A DNA stretch of 64,000 nt, from assembly GCF_006345805.1 (NCBI RefSeq), contig NC_043018.1, positions 4,464,001 through 4,528,000 of the forward strand. Reading direction: 5' to 3'. The stretch's first letter is position 1; each line of letters begins with the position of its first letter. Under the pieces are notes generated by a model. That model saw only the letters and a program-made list of their open reading frames with translations, did no database searches and was not told the DNA's origin. The translations under genes and the position numbers were made by a program. Shown here one piece after another: positions 1 through 12,992 of the stretch. The DNA is from Octopus sinensis. Lineage: Eukaryota.

Positions 1-709
1 GGATCTCTCTGAAGGATATCATGCACATCTTCCACTAACCCTTTATTTATTTATTTGTTTATTTATTTATTTATTTATTTTAATCTAATTATGAGGCAAG
101 GCAGCATGTACAACGTGTTATGGGGCCTCTAAGCCTGGTGAGAGGGAGGAAGGCATCCTCAAAACTGAAAACCTGATTTGAATGCTTGAAACAGAATGGC
201 ACTTCACTAAAGGTACTCAAAGCACCATGTGGTGATGTTAAACCAAGAAATTGGTCAACAACAACAAGTCCAGGATGGGATTTGAACTTAGAATGCAAAG
301 AGCTAAAATGAATACCACATCTTACATTTTGTGCAAATACATCACCCTGAACTGTACCATTTTATTGGCCCTAAAAGGATGAAAGGCAAAGTGGGATTTG
401 AACTCAGAATACAAACAAAGAGAACTGGAACAAATACCACCAGGCATCCGGCTGATGCTCTTACAGTTCCTGCAATCTATCACCTTGTATTGGTGCTTTT
501 CTTATTGACCCTGAAAGGACGAAAGGCAAAGTTGACCTAGGTGGGATTTGAACTCAGAGCAAAGAGAAGCAGAACAAATACCATGAAGCATTCTGTGTGA
601 TGCTCTAATTTCTCAAACAATTCCCCACAGAATACGAAAATTGACTTTTTGCCGACCATATGGAGGCAGAACAAGATTAGCCTGCTTTGAGGAATCGAGG
701 TGACTCTGT

Positions 710-1000
710 GGAGGCACATGGCCTAGTGGTTAGAGCAGTGGACTCACGGTTGAGGGATCGCAGGTTCGAATCTCAGACCAGGCGATGTATGGGTATATGA
801 GCGAAACATCTAAGCTCCACGCGACTCCAGCAGAAGGTAACGGCGAATTTCTGCTGACTCTTTCGCCACAACTTTCTCTCACTTTTTCTTCCTGCATCTT
901 GCAGCTCAACTGCGACGGACCGGCGTCCTGTCCAGGTGGGAAACCTATACGCCAAGAAACCGGGAAACCGGCCCTTATGAGCCAGGCATGGCTCAAGAAG
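710..1000 (+). mobile_element. tRNA-derived SINE (family C)
   Basis: A box TGGCCTAGTGG, B box GGTTCGAATC, body AAGCTCCACG...CAACTTTCTCTCACT. Relatives at 9903-10272, 52037-52335 and 53385-53632. Confidence 0.8.
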
Positions 1001-1396
1001 GATAGATTTTTTTATAGAGGTGACTCTGGTAGCAGTATAAAAGACAGAGGAAGGAGACAGCTTGTCTGTGGTAAACAGAGATTGGAGTATGCATCTGGCG
1101 GCATTCTAGACACCAAACATCTAATCTTGGTCTACACTTAACTCATAACTGCACTTCAGTAATAGTAATAATAATAATAATTCTTTCTACTACAGGCACA
1201 AGGCCTAATTTATCAGGAGTGGTCTAGCTGATTTCATCAACTTCAGTACTTGGCTGGTACTTGTTTTATTGATTCCGAAAGGATAAGAGGCAAAGTTGAT
1301 CTTGGTGGAATTTGAACTCAGAACATAAAAATGGATGAAATCTGCTGAGCATTTTGTCCAGCATGCAAGTGGTTTTGTCAGCTTTCCACCTTAATA

Positions 1397-2840
1397 ATAG
1401 AAAAGTGTAAAACAAGGAAGATTTGAAAGAAACCAGGGAACTGAAATGCCAAACAGGCAAACAATGAGAGTGGTTGAGAAAGGACAGTGTTATAGGTACT
1501 TGGAAATACTGGAAGCAGACGAGATAAAAAAATGAAGAAATGAAACAAATTACCAGTTGGGAGAGTCAGAAAAGGATTGCAGTCAAAGCTGATTTCCAAA
1601 AACCTTATCAAAGCAATAAATTCAAGAGCCGCACCCTTGGAGTTGGAATTATAGACTGGACCAGAAACGATATAAAGAAACTTAACCGAAAAGCTAGGAA
1701 GTTCTTGATGATATATGGAGCCCACCATCCAAAAGTTGATATCAAATAGCTGTACTTGGGGGTGAAAGAGGCTTAATAGCAGTAGAAGAATGTGTACAGA
1801 TGGAAAGAAAAAGTGTAGCAGAGGATTTAGAGAGCAGTAGAGAAAATCTGCTAAAGTTAGTTAATAAAGGACAGGTGGTGAAACACATAAGAGAAAAGGA
1901 CAAGAGTGAAATACAAGGAGAGTACATCAGACAGATCAAAGAGAAACCTCTGCATGGCCAATTTTGTAGTGCCACAGAAGACGTAGGTGGAACAATAAAC
2001 CCTGGGCTTGGTTAAAAAAGAGACAATTAAAAGAGAGAGCCTAATTGTATCTCAAGATCAAGCGATAAAAACAAACAACTTGAGAAAAAATATATATGGA
2101 TAGAATGTGTCAGAAAAATGTAGAGCCTGTGGAACTTAGAATGAAACAGTGGCATACATTGTAGCAGAATGCCCCCAAGTTGGCACAGGAAGAATATAAG
2201 AAATGGAGGCACAACCAGGTTGTAAAAGTTTTACACTGGAAACTGTGCCAGAAATGGGGATTTGAAGCGAGAAACACATGGTACAATCATCAAGTTGAAA
2301 GAGTGCTGGAGACGGAAAAATGTCAGATTCTTGTGGGACTTTACTATTCAAATGGACAAGAAATTAGAAAATAATAGACCAACGATAACAATTCTAGATA
2401 AGGAAAGGCAAAGCTGCTTACTTATTGACCTATCATGCCCATATGATTCCAGGATTGTAAGGGAAGAGGAGGAAAAACAAAACATACAATCCCTTAAAGA
2501 CTGAAATAGGAAGAATTTGAAAGGTCATTATCGTCATCATCTCATCATTTAACATCCGTTGTCTGTGCTGGCATGGGTTGGACATGCCAATAATAATTGG
2601 TGCTTTAGGAACAGTAAACCAAGATATAGACAACTGGCTGAAGGAAATTGAAATAAAATGTCCAGTGGAGCTTCTACAGAAAGTTTGTCTCTTAGGAACT
2701 GCAAGGATTATCAGGAGGGTTCTAAGCATTTGAAAGACTGCTGATAACTTGTGGATACCTAAGGATACAGGTAAGTAACCCGCTGCCCACATAATTCCTA
2801 CAAGGAATAAGACTAAACCTGAGCCAAACCAAAATAATAA
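1397..2840 (+). mobile_element. 5'-truncated, frameshifted R4/Dong-clade non-LTR retrotransposon (RT C-terminus, zinc knuckle, restriction-like endonuclease)
   Basis: Pieces translate as KCRACG...VAECPKLAQEEYKKWRHNQVVKVLHWKLC, LWDFTIQMDKKLENNRPTITILDK...LIDLSCPYD and MPIIIGALG...ELLQKVCLLGTARIIRRVLSI* (stop 2731-2733). TAA repeats on both sides; short RTE-tail insert at ~2524-2583. Confidence 0.85.
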
Positions 2841-3738
2841 TTCTTTCTATCACAAGGCCTGAAATTTGTGTGGAGGGGGATAGTAGATTACACCAACCCC
2901 AGTACTCAACCGATACTTATTTTATAGACCCTGAAGGATGAAAGGCAAAGTTGACTTCAGTGCATTTTGAACACAAAATGTGCAAACAGACAAAATACCA
3001 CTAAGTGCTTTGCCCAGCATCCTAACAATTCTGCCAGCACAATAATAAAATCGCAGTTGTAGCAGATACTGATGTCACGCAAAAGGCACCTATGCCGGTG
3101 GCATGTAAAAGCACTCATTACACTCTCAGAGTGATTAGTGTTAGGAAGGGCATCCATCCATAGAAACCATGCCAAATCAGACTACCAGCTTGCCAGCCTT
3201 GGTCAAACTGTGCAACCTATGCCAGCATAGACAACAGACATTAAATGATGATGATGATGATGATGATGAATCCTTTCTATGATATGCACAAGACCTAAAA
3301 TTTGTGGGGAGGGGTAAGTTGATTACATCAACCCAGTACTCAACTGGTACTTATTTCAGGAACCACCAAAAAAAAAAAAACCCTGAAGGAATTTGAACTC
3401 AGATTGTAAAGACAGGTGAAATGCCACTAAGCATTTTGTCTGGTGTACTAATGGTTCTGCCATCTTGCCAGCATAATTTTGATAGGCTAAGGAGGAGGTT
3501 TTGATTATATCGACCCCAGTGCTCAACTAGTACTTATTTCATAGACCCCAAAATGATGAAAGGCAAAGTTGACCTTAGTAGAATTTGAACACAGAATGTA
3601 AAGACAAGCAAAATGCTACTAAGTATTTTGTCTGGAATGCTAAGGGTTCTGCTAGCTCACCACAATAATCCTTTCTAGAATAGGCACAAGGCCTGACATT
3701 TTGGTGGAGGGGTGAATCGATTACATCAACCCCAGTGC

Positions 3739-4900
3739 TTATAAGCAGCCATCTTTCCCTTTTCCTGGCAAGGATGTAGTCAATTTGGCTAGTATGTCGG
3801 CCCAATAGGTAGGTGACTAGGTGGCTTGTAGGTTTCCTGAAGATAGTGTTGAAAACCCTAAGCTTATTTGCATCGCAGAACTCCAGCAGCCTGGTTCCCT
3901 CCTCGTTGCGGGAACCATAACCATAGCCTCCATGTACACCATGGAAGCCCCCAGTATGTTGTCCAACGTGCCCATTGAAGTCACCAGCCACATTCGTCAA
4001 CAAGGTAGTCTTTCTGTCCATCGGGTAGCCCCAGCTGAGGGGTATGGGCTGATATAATGATTGCTAATCCATGATGAAGCACTAATCTAATCTTAAGTAT
4101 TCTGTCGCATACTCTGATTACTTCAATTACCTTATCTACCCATTTTTCAGCGAGAAGTATACCCACGCCCCCAACCCCGTCAGTGTTCCCTGCCCAGAAA
4201 ATCTTGTACCTGTGTTCTTTGCCTGTGAGGAACCTAGCAGAACCTCCTCTCCACCTTACTTCTTGGATGCAGCACATATCAACACATCTCCGTTCAAGCA
4301 TTTCAACAATCTCGCCAGACCTACCTTTCAGTGTGCCAACGTTGAGGGCGCCAACCCTGAGGGCGTGGGAGGTATGGGCCCTAGAGACCCTGGGACGGTG
4401 GACAGTAGCTTCAAGTACCTGAAAGGAAAACTCGCATTTGGCAGAATTCATGAGCAAGCAATACAGTAGCCTTCAGTTCAACCTGCATAACACTACCCTT
4501 TCATATTTTGCACTATATGAACATTACCTTACATAGGAGATAGGTCGAGACTGGGGGTGGGGATGGCAAAAGGACTTATGCAGTGTTCGTGGGAGGCAAC
4601 CCAAAGATGCAAAGGAAAGGAACTTCCTGTACAGGTGGAGGGGGTGGGAGGGCGGGTGTACCTCTAACTAGGAAGAGGGTCTGCTAATCGTGGTTTAACG
4701 AGAGACCAAAAAAAAAAGGTTTGAAAACTCTGAGAAAGACAAAATTTAGGGAATAGAGAAGTGGCTGTGTGAGAAGACTTTAATAGTTGAGTGAATCAAT
4801 GAATATAAGGTTATCTTCGGGAGCAATAAGGAAGACAAGACTGTCGAAAAGTATATTTACATGAATGGCATCTTACTGAATAATGAAAAGAATAATGAAA
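3739..4900 (-). mobile_element. RTE-clade LINE 5' fragment with apurinic endonuclease (APE) domain
   Basis: ORFs 3981-4457 and 3575-4021 give LRVGALNVGTLKGRSGEIVEMLERR.VD..CIQEVRW, GVGILL, GDFNGHVG, RNEEGTRLLEFC and SQIDYIL. One deletion/frameshift near 4020; left end fused to a SINE. 5' boundary approximate. Confidence 0.88.
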
Positions 4901-6559
4901 GAATAATGAAAAGAATAATGATCTGTGCAAGAATAGTAGGAGATGAAACGAGGTTGAAAGAAGAATATTCTTATCTTTTATCCGTTCATGAGCTGTCCAT
5001 TATTCTTCGGTAGGGGTTAGGAAGCGATAATAATAATAATAATAATAATAATCCTTTCTACTAAAGGCACAAGGCCAGCAATTTTGGGGGAAGGGACTAG
5101 TCGATTACATTGACCTCAGTAGTCAACTGATACTTACTTTATCGACCCCAAAAAGACCAAAGGCAAAGTTGACCTTGGTGGCATTCGAACTCAGAACGCA
5201 ATGACAGACAAAATGCTACTAAGCATTTTTCCAGCACGGTAATGATTCTACCAGCTCACCACCTAATAATAATAATAATAATAATAATAACAATGATTTC
5301 TAATTTAAGCACAAGGCTAGCAATTTTTAGAGGAAGGGGCTAGTCAAACCATCAAACCCCATTCTGAGGATGGTCCTTTGTCAATCCCAAAAGGATGAAT
5401 GGCAATGTAGACCTTGGTAGGAATTGAACTTAGAATGTACAGAACTGAAAAAAAATCCCATAAGGTATTTCTTCCCACATGCTTACAAGTCTTCCAACCC
5501 ACAACTTTTAATAATTTTTGTAATTTAGGCACAAGGCCAGCAATTTCAATCAATTTGCTTTTGCGGAGCAGTGGCCACTGTAGTAGTGGTAGAAGAAGCA
5601 GAGAGACGAGACCGTTTGTCTGTGTAACCAGATGCTGGAGTGTGTTAGTGAGCAACTGGCAACTTTCCAATTACAAAAGGCCCAATCTTGGTCTGTGCTT
5701 GACCCAGAACTGCAGTTCAGTAATAATAATATTAATATTAATGAGCAATGATGGGGGAGAACGCAGAAAGAGGAATAGTAAGAGAAAAAAGCTGAAGAAA
5801 AGAAGAAGAAAAGAAGGAATAAAGAAGTTATTTTTAGTGAAGTACATTATTGACATTCAACACTTTCCTTATATGGTAAACATGGCACACTTATATTTTT
5901 CTCTAATTCATTTATTGATTTGTGTTTATCAATTTTTATCTCACTTGCTAATCTCTTTTTTACATTTAATATTTCAACTCGTATCTAACACTCACCATAC
6001 ACACTTTCTCATACATGCTCACTAACACACTCATACACATGCACTCATCCCTTCACACACACACACACACATACACACACCTAAATCCACACATGCATTT
6101 TCTAAAGCCAATGCAAGAGCCTCTATACAATCACTCAATCTGCTAGAAACATCAGTAAAATCTCCCTCAAATCACATCTTGTCATCTTAAGTAAAGAAGG
6201 GTGCACTGGATAGTGAAGTCCCTGATATGTGAAAAGATGGGATGGCCATGGCTAGACTGGAACACCTTTGATTATAGGTCTACTTGATCAAATTTAATAA
6301 TACACATAATAACAATTGTTTCTAATGAAGTCACAAGGCCCGAAATTTGGGGGAGGAGAGCAGTTAATTGTATTGATTCCAATATTCAATGGTACTTTAT
6401 TTTATTGATCTTTGAAGATTAAAAGGAAAAGTTCACCTCGGCAGGATTTGAACCCAGAAATAAACATCACACAACATTTTGTCTGATTCTCTGAGTATTC
6501 TGCAAAATCTTTTACTTATTTAACCACTGAGAGCAATTGCATTCAAATCATTATTGTCA

Positions 6560-7386
6560 TCAACATCATCATCATTTAGCGTCCGCTTTCCATGCTAGCA
6601 TGGGTTGGACGGTTCAACTGGGGTCTGGGAAGCCAGAAGGCTGCACCAGGCCCAGTCTGATCCGGCAATGTTTCTACGGCTGGATGCCCTTCATAACGCC
6701 AACCACTCCGTGAGTGTAGTGGGTGCTTTTTACATGCCACCGGCACAGGTGCCAGACGGGGCTGGCAAATGGCCACGGTCGGATGGTGCTTTTTATGTGC
6801 CACCGGCACGGAGGCCTGTCGGGGCGGAGCTGGCAACGGCCATGTTTGGATGGTTCGCTTAAGTGCCACCAGCACTGGTATCACAGCTACAATTTCCATT
6901 GATGTTGATCGATTTCGATTTTGATTCTCACCTGCCTCAGCAGGTGTTCACAAGTAGAGTTTTGTGTCCCAAAGGTATGCATAAGTGGACTGGCTACAAC
7001 CCAGGTAGAGGCCATGAGTTATGGTCTCACTTGTCCTGCCGGGTCTTCTCACGCACAGCATACTTCCATAGGTCTCGGTCTCTAGTTGTTTCCTCGGTGA
7101 GACCTAAAGTTCGAAGGTCATGCTTCACCACATCGTCCCAGGTTTTCCTGGGTCTGCCTCTTCCACAGGTTCCCTCAACCGCTAGGGTGTGGAACTTTTT
7201 CACACAACTATCTTCATCCATTCTTGTCACATGACCATACCAGCACAGTCGTCTCTCTTGCACACCACATCTGATGCTTCTTAGGTCCAACATTTCTCTC
7301 AAGGTACCTACACTCTGTCGAGTATGCACACTGACATTACACATCCATCGGAGCATACTGGCTTCATTCCTTGTGAGCTTACGCAT
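6560..7386 (-). mobile_element. RTE-clade LINE 3' end (ORF C-terminus, 3'UTR, (GAT)n tail)
   Basis: RNEASMLRWMCNVS...RLCWYGHVTRM...VEGTCGRGRPRKTW..VVKHDL...RDRDLW is a typical RTE C-terminus, followed by a UTR with GTGCCGGTGGCAC subrepeats and a GAT tail. Confidence 0.88.
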
Positions 7387-7763
7387 AATAATAATAATAA
7401 TTCTTTCTAATTCTGGCAAAAAGTCAACAATTTTGAAGGTGAGACAAGTTGATTACATCATCCCCAATACTTGACTAATGCTTATTTAACCAACCCCAAA
7501 AGGATGAAAGGCAAAGTCAACCTTGGCAGAATTTGAACTCAGAACATAAAGAACCAGAAGCATTTTGTCTGACATGCCAACAATTCTGCCAGCTTGCTGC
7601 CTTAATAATAACGATGATCTTTTCTACTATAGGCACAAGGCCTGAAGTTTCGGTGAGAGGGGCTAGTTGACTACAGGGACATCAAGCACTCAACCAGGTA
7701 CTTATTTCCACAATCCCTAAAAGAATGAAAGATAAAGTCAACTTCAGCAGAATATTAATAGTA

Positions 7764-8118
7764 TTGGATCATCCCATGAATAATGCAGTTGTTTCAATTT
7801 CATGAACTAAAAGTTGGAGGGGGACAGAATAAGCTACCCACATGCATCAACTTGTTATAAAAGCAGGTAGCAATTTTACCTTGTCCTTATTCTAAGTGCA
7901 AGTTTTTAAGAGTGCAGTTCGATTTTAACAGTTATTTTTTCAAAGCCGTAATGGAAGTGACAAAGGAGCATATTCAGCATATTTTGTTTTATGAGTTCAA
8001 TAAAGGCAACAAAGCAATGGAAAGTGTGATGAATATTAATGTAGTATATGGGGATCCGACAACAAGCGTAAGCCAGTGACAACAGTGGTTCCAGAAATTC
8101 TGAGCCGGAAACTACAGC
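7764..8118 (+). mobile_element. Mariner 5' fragment (putative TIR and N-terminal HTH)
   Basis: From ATG 7951: MEVTKEHIQHILFYEFNKGNKAMESVMNINVVYGD...QWFQKF*AGN; element begins after TA. Confidence 0.8.
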
Positions 8119-10274
8119 TCAGCACAGTCCTCTGGATAATCAGATTCATATCAAACTGTCCAATCCATGCCAGCATGGAATACAGATGTTAAATGATGAT
8201 AATTTCACAATCCATGTTTCTAAAGATATGATGACTCACTGATCAAGTATATTTTAAAGTTGCTATTACAATTTAGAAGCACACACAAAATAAAAAATTA
8301 CAATGTCTGGAGGAAAGTGATAATGACTAGAAATTTAAAATAATAAAATAAAATATATTTAAAATAATTCTTTCTATTATAGGCACAAAGATTGAAATTT
8401 TATGGGGAGGGGGATAGTCAATGACATCGATCCCAGTGCTCAACTATCATTGGCCCTGAAAGGGTGAAAGGCAAAGTCAACTTAAGCAGAATTTGAACTC
8501 AGAACAAAAAGCATTTTGTCCAGCATGCTAATGATTCTACCAGCTTGCCTTAATAATAATGACGATAATAATGAGCTTATTGTATAGAATGCTCAGATTC
8601 GCTGGAGTGAAAGAAAAGACGGAAAGCAGTCATTAAGTCAAGTAAAGAAAGACAGCAATGAAAACCAGCAGTACATAGGATAAAGTGTGTGGATGTGTGG
8701 ATGCATGTGTGAGTTCATATTTCCACTTCTAGGCATGTGTTCTTTCACCGATTGTAAGCAATGGCTTTGTTAATGCTGCCATTCACTTTACAGTCCACTA
8801 CAAAATCCCATCTGCACTTTTCAACAAGTGGCACAATTATCATAAATGAAAGGTCTATTTGTATGGTGTTGTTTTGCAGTTCTCCCTGTAAACATGTCCT
8901 GGCTGTTTGTTGTTAAATAGACTGGAAGAATCTTACTTGGATTGGAAGTGGGGGACATGAGGCAGTAGAAAAACTGTGCTCTAACATACTCTTGTTTGAC
9001 TCAAGTAAGCATGGAAAAGTAGACGTTCAAACAATGAGGATAAAACAATAACACGGATCATTTGAGAGAGTGAACAAATTAGTGGAAAAATTCATTCAAA
9101 GACAGGTTAATTATAAAGAATTTTCTTTCAATATAGAATGACAACTGGTAGAATTTTGAAGTCAAAAACTAAGATAGTAATATTCACAGACTTTGGCTGT
9201 TGCCATACCATATAATATCACAAAGAAAATTAATAATTAAAAAACTAAAAACAAAGAAAATGTCTAAATTAAACTACAGATAAGATTAGATGAATAAGTC
9301 TTACAGTTATTATAAAATATGTGAAAAAAATATCAAAAAGAACTTAACAGTTTAACATATTGATTGAGAAAAAGCCAAGTTAAATTCTATCAAGTTATAT
9401 CTCAGAGATTGCCATAGCTGTCATTAAGATAACGTTTGTAAGAAATCCAATTATGTCATTTACTGCAAGTCAGAGCTAAATTGCTGTCAAGAAGGCCAAA
9501 TTAACATTTTATAAGCTAAAAGAAATTAAAATATTTAAATTAAATAAAATAAACCACCAGCAGACATCATAAAATATTGACAGCTTTTTCCTCAATTTTA
9601 TTCAAATCACTTTTGATATGTGCAGAATTTTTAATATTAAGGCATTTCTTGTTGATGAAGATAAAACTTGAAAATATGTTAATAATGGCAAGACTTTTTT
9701 TTTCAGAGTATATAAACGATCATTGGAGAACACTCAATAACAATAGAAATTAGTTTTGCAGCACAATATGATGTACAGCATTCAACCCATAAGGGGCAGC
9801 CGCAGGATGGGTCAAAACAATTGTCGTACACAATTAAAATTAATAGCAGATCCATCTTCTGTTTCCTTAATCGATTATTATTATTACTGTATGTGTGTGT
9901 GTGGAGGCACAATGGCCCAGTGGTTAGGACAGCAGACTCGTGGTCGTAGGATCGCAGTTTCGATTCCCAGACTGGGCATTGTGACTGTTTATTAAGCAAA
10001 AACACCTAAAGCTCCATGAGGCTCCGGCAGGGGGTGGTGGCAAACCCTGCCGTACTCTTTCACCACAACTTTCTCTCACTCTTACTTCCTGTTTCTGTTC
10101 CACCTGTATTTCAAAGGACCAGCTTTCTCACACTCTGTGTCACACTAAATCTCCCCGAGAACAATGTTAATGGTACACATGTGCTCAGCCACTTGCACGT
10201 TAATTTTATGAGCAGGCTATTCTGTTAACCAGATCAACTGGAACCCTCTTCGTCATAACCGACAGAGTGCCACA

Positions 10275-10734
10275 ATATATATATATATAAATTTTTTGCA
10301 TAATGAGATAAAATAACCAAGGCTGTATAGATATTAGAGCATTTATAGATAGAAGGTCTTACAGCTGTTTCTAGGATATTAATTAATAATATCCCTTCAT
10401 CGGAGACGGTGTGAGAGGAAAAATTAAGTAATAGTTAGTTTCGATGTGATACAAATAGAGAGTGAGGTGGAGGAAAGAAAATAGATGTAAGATATGTATG
10501 GGTATTGAGTTCATAAATCCGTTTTTTAGGTATAATGGTATATATGTGTAATATTCCAATATCCTTTGAGGAAAATCCAAAAGTCCAACAGAGTTTAATA
10601 TGAATCCATCCAGATATAGAGTTTATAAGCAATGTAAGATTCTCTTAAAGTTGGTCATTCTCAGTAGGGAATTTATATGGAATGTAGCAGATTCAAGGTT
10701 TGAGATAATGGTGTCTCAATGACACCATTATTTC
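10275..10734 (-). mobile_element. Probable Penelope-like element 3'/pseudo-LTR fragment
   Basis: Carries a hammerhead, is homologous over ~250 bp to 63350-63620, ends in (AT)n and has a hairpin at its 5' junction (10702-10734). No RT seen, so the family is inferred from the ribozyme. Confidence 0.6.
10356..10407 (-). ncRNA. Minimal hammerhead ribozyme, U4C core change
   Basis: GTCT-CCGATGA-A-GGGATATT-attaatt-AATATCCT-A-GAAAC-AGCT-GTA^AGAC; homologous to the 63.5 kb copy. Confidence 0.75.
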
Positions 10735-10915
10735 TTATATATTTTTTCCTGTCCAACCCGTGCTAGCACGGAAAATGGTACACACACAAAAATACACATA
10801 TGCACACATGTGTGTGTCCGTATGTGTGTATGTATAAGAATGTGCTTTTCAAAGAAAAAAGTTTGGAAAAGCTAGCTATCATGCAAAATCAGTTGTGTGT
10901 GTGTGTGTGTGTGTA

Positions 10916-10968
<53 letters not shown>

Positions 10969-11044
10969 TGCATGCATCCATGTTTCAGGGTTTTAATTGC
11001 AAAAATTTTTCCTCTGGAAATGTGTATTACCAGTGTTTCAGTAT

Positions 11045-12992
11045 GTGAAGCTATATTGTCTAACATACTTAGAACAACCAAACTTAGCTTACAGCAAGGT
11101 TAGTTCTCTTTGCTTATGTTTGTTTCATCAAAGATTAACGTTTGGTTCAAGAGCTATTATTTGTAAGACAACTAGAAACAGATACTAAAAAGAGGAGACA
11201 GTATTTCCAGTTGGAGCTGAAGACGGAGCACCAACAATGGCAGATTGTCATCGCTGCTTCATCATTTTATTGAAAAAGTTATACCTAGCATATTTACAGT
11301 GCACACCATAATCCTCAGACAACATCCGGTTGCAAATAACCTAAGTGGTAGACTTAACAAATCAATGAGTACTGTCAGCACAGCAGTAATCCATGCTCTG
11401 AATTCCCCACTTTGAACATTTGTAGTGGCACACAGAAGTGAAGGCTGTCAAAGGGAAATTGCCTGAAAGTTTCTATTCCATCTTTTAAACAGTTATTGAT
11501 TTCTTGCATGATTCTTATTCTGTTCTTTGTAATGAACGAAGGAACACCAATCATAACATCTATTAATAACAAAAGCAAATTCTGTCTGTCCATCTGGGAC
11601 TCCTGTATCTTAATCTACTTAGCTCTACATAGACATATTATACCTTTCTGCAATCAGGTTGGTCCCGGGATTGAAAATCTGCCCTTCATTTGGTTCTCGA
11701 ACATCCAGCACTGGGATCTGAGTTAAAAGCATTTGGGTTGCTATTTCTATCAGGTAAAGCTTGGCTGACTTAGGCCATCTTGGTTGGCATTCGTCTCATG
11801 ATGTCGGAGATAAGTGGCATTCATTTTGTTAATTTCTACCAAGATAAGAACTTTGGGACAAATTGGCCAACAGTTGGAATTCAACTTGGGACTGGAACAA
11901 CAGAATGATTACATTACAGAATTAATTCTCGTCCGTCCTTAACCTATCATCAAACACCACTGGGGGCATATAGTCATTGTAGATGTATTATAGTCATGTT
12001 ATTTAGCACTTTTTAGTTTTGGCCCACAAGTCCAATTAGCCCTCCACATGAGCTAGCTTAAAAGTCCACACAGAGTGAAGCTTTTAAGCCAGTTACATAT
12101 AATGGCATAGATATTCACAAAGTTCAATGAAGTTAATTTGCAACTGCAGGGAAATGAGGTAAAAACCTTATCAAAGTAAAATCAAGCCTCTCCATGTTTC
12201 TGTCCAAGTTACATCTACTCAAATGTAACATAAACCATCTTTAGTTTTTCCAATTTCGGAGCCTCTCTGAATCTGAGAAGGAAAAGCACTTACCAGACGA
12301 TGACATTGAGATTTATTGTTAACACCTGGACAACATGCACAGAGACATGTTTGATGGATTTCAGGATTTTTGATTAAAATACCAGTCTGGGTGATTCCCA
12401 GATATTAGTAATGAGAAAACATGAATATTGGAGGAAGAACTGGTTTCACTTTAAAATGATGTTGAGCTGAGGCCAAAATTCAAAACAATCATGTCAGTAT
12501 TTTTGATTGCAAAAGGACATATCTGGTTGCTACCCTGAACTGTGGAACAAAGTCAAGATTTACTTTGTTGCCTTCCCAACATCATATTTTGTGAGGTGGA
12601 GCTTCAGTGTAGTGTCCAGATCCTCTCAAAGCAAAGAAACAGACTGAAAATCACTGAGTGCAAGGATCAAACACTACTTCTTAGCACCTTTCAGCCGGAT
12701 GTCAAGAAGCTGATACCCCTACACAATGTATGTCTATTGCACTGAAAAAATGAAAACAACATAGTTACAGGTGAGCTGTTACAGGTGAGCTGTAAAGTCA
12801 CTTTTTCATTTGGTAAAAACAACAAAATAATCGGTTAATTATCTTAAGTTCTATTTGTGAAATAGAGTTGTTTTGAATTTCAGTAGAAAAAGGTCTATGT
12901 TTGCGGTAGTGTGTGGAGGGGGTGGGAAGGGTGCTAGGAATGCGACCTGGGTGCCAAGAGAGCAGCAGTCCAAGAAAGTTTGGGAACCACTG
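11045..12992 (+). mobile_element. Degraded hAT (Charlie-type) DNA transposon with right TIR
   Basis: Across frameshifts: ELLFVRQLETDTK, DGAPTM, IFTVHTIILRQH, HTEV-x-LSKGNCL, IFTKFNEVNLQLQG and the dimerisation domain FVAFPTSYF...QILSKQRNRL...PDVKKL. Right TIR GTTTGGGAACCACTG ends at 12992, followed by ACCTAGAG. Unassigned sequence at ~11500-12100; left TIR not found. Confidence 0.85.

Larger units (their letters stand above)
270..8552 (-). mobile_element. Cluster of about 14 full or partial copies of a tRNA-derived SINE (family A, (ATT)n tail)
   Basis: Minus-strand consensus GGCGGYGAGCTGGCAGAAT...TTCTGAGTTCAAATTC...TTTGCCTTTCATCCTTTCGGGGTCGATAAAATAAGTACCAG...GGCCTTGTGCC(ATT)n. The central block may be the Meta/MESC SINE domain (not verified). 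More copies at 16.9-17.3, 22.7-22.96, 33.8, 38.6-40.6, 46.8-47.4, 55.5-57.1 and 60.4 kb. Confidence 0.8.

Noticed and set aside
710-782. tRNA-like sequence with A and B boxes
   Set aside because: Continues into a dispersed repeat body seen elsewhere in the window; SINE head, not a tRNA gene.
12700-12760. Minus-strand acceptor gttttcattttttcag
   Set aside because: All frames stop quickly; it is the antisense of the hAT transposase end.
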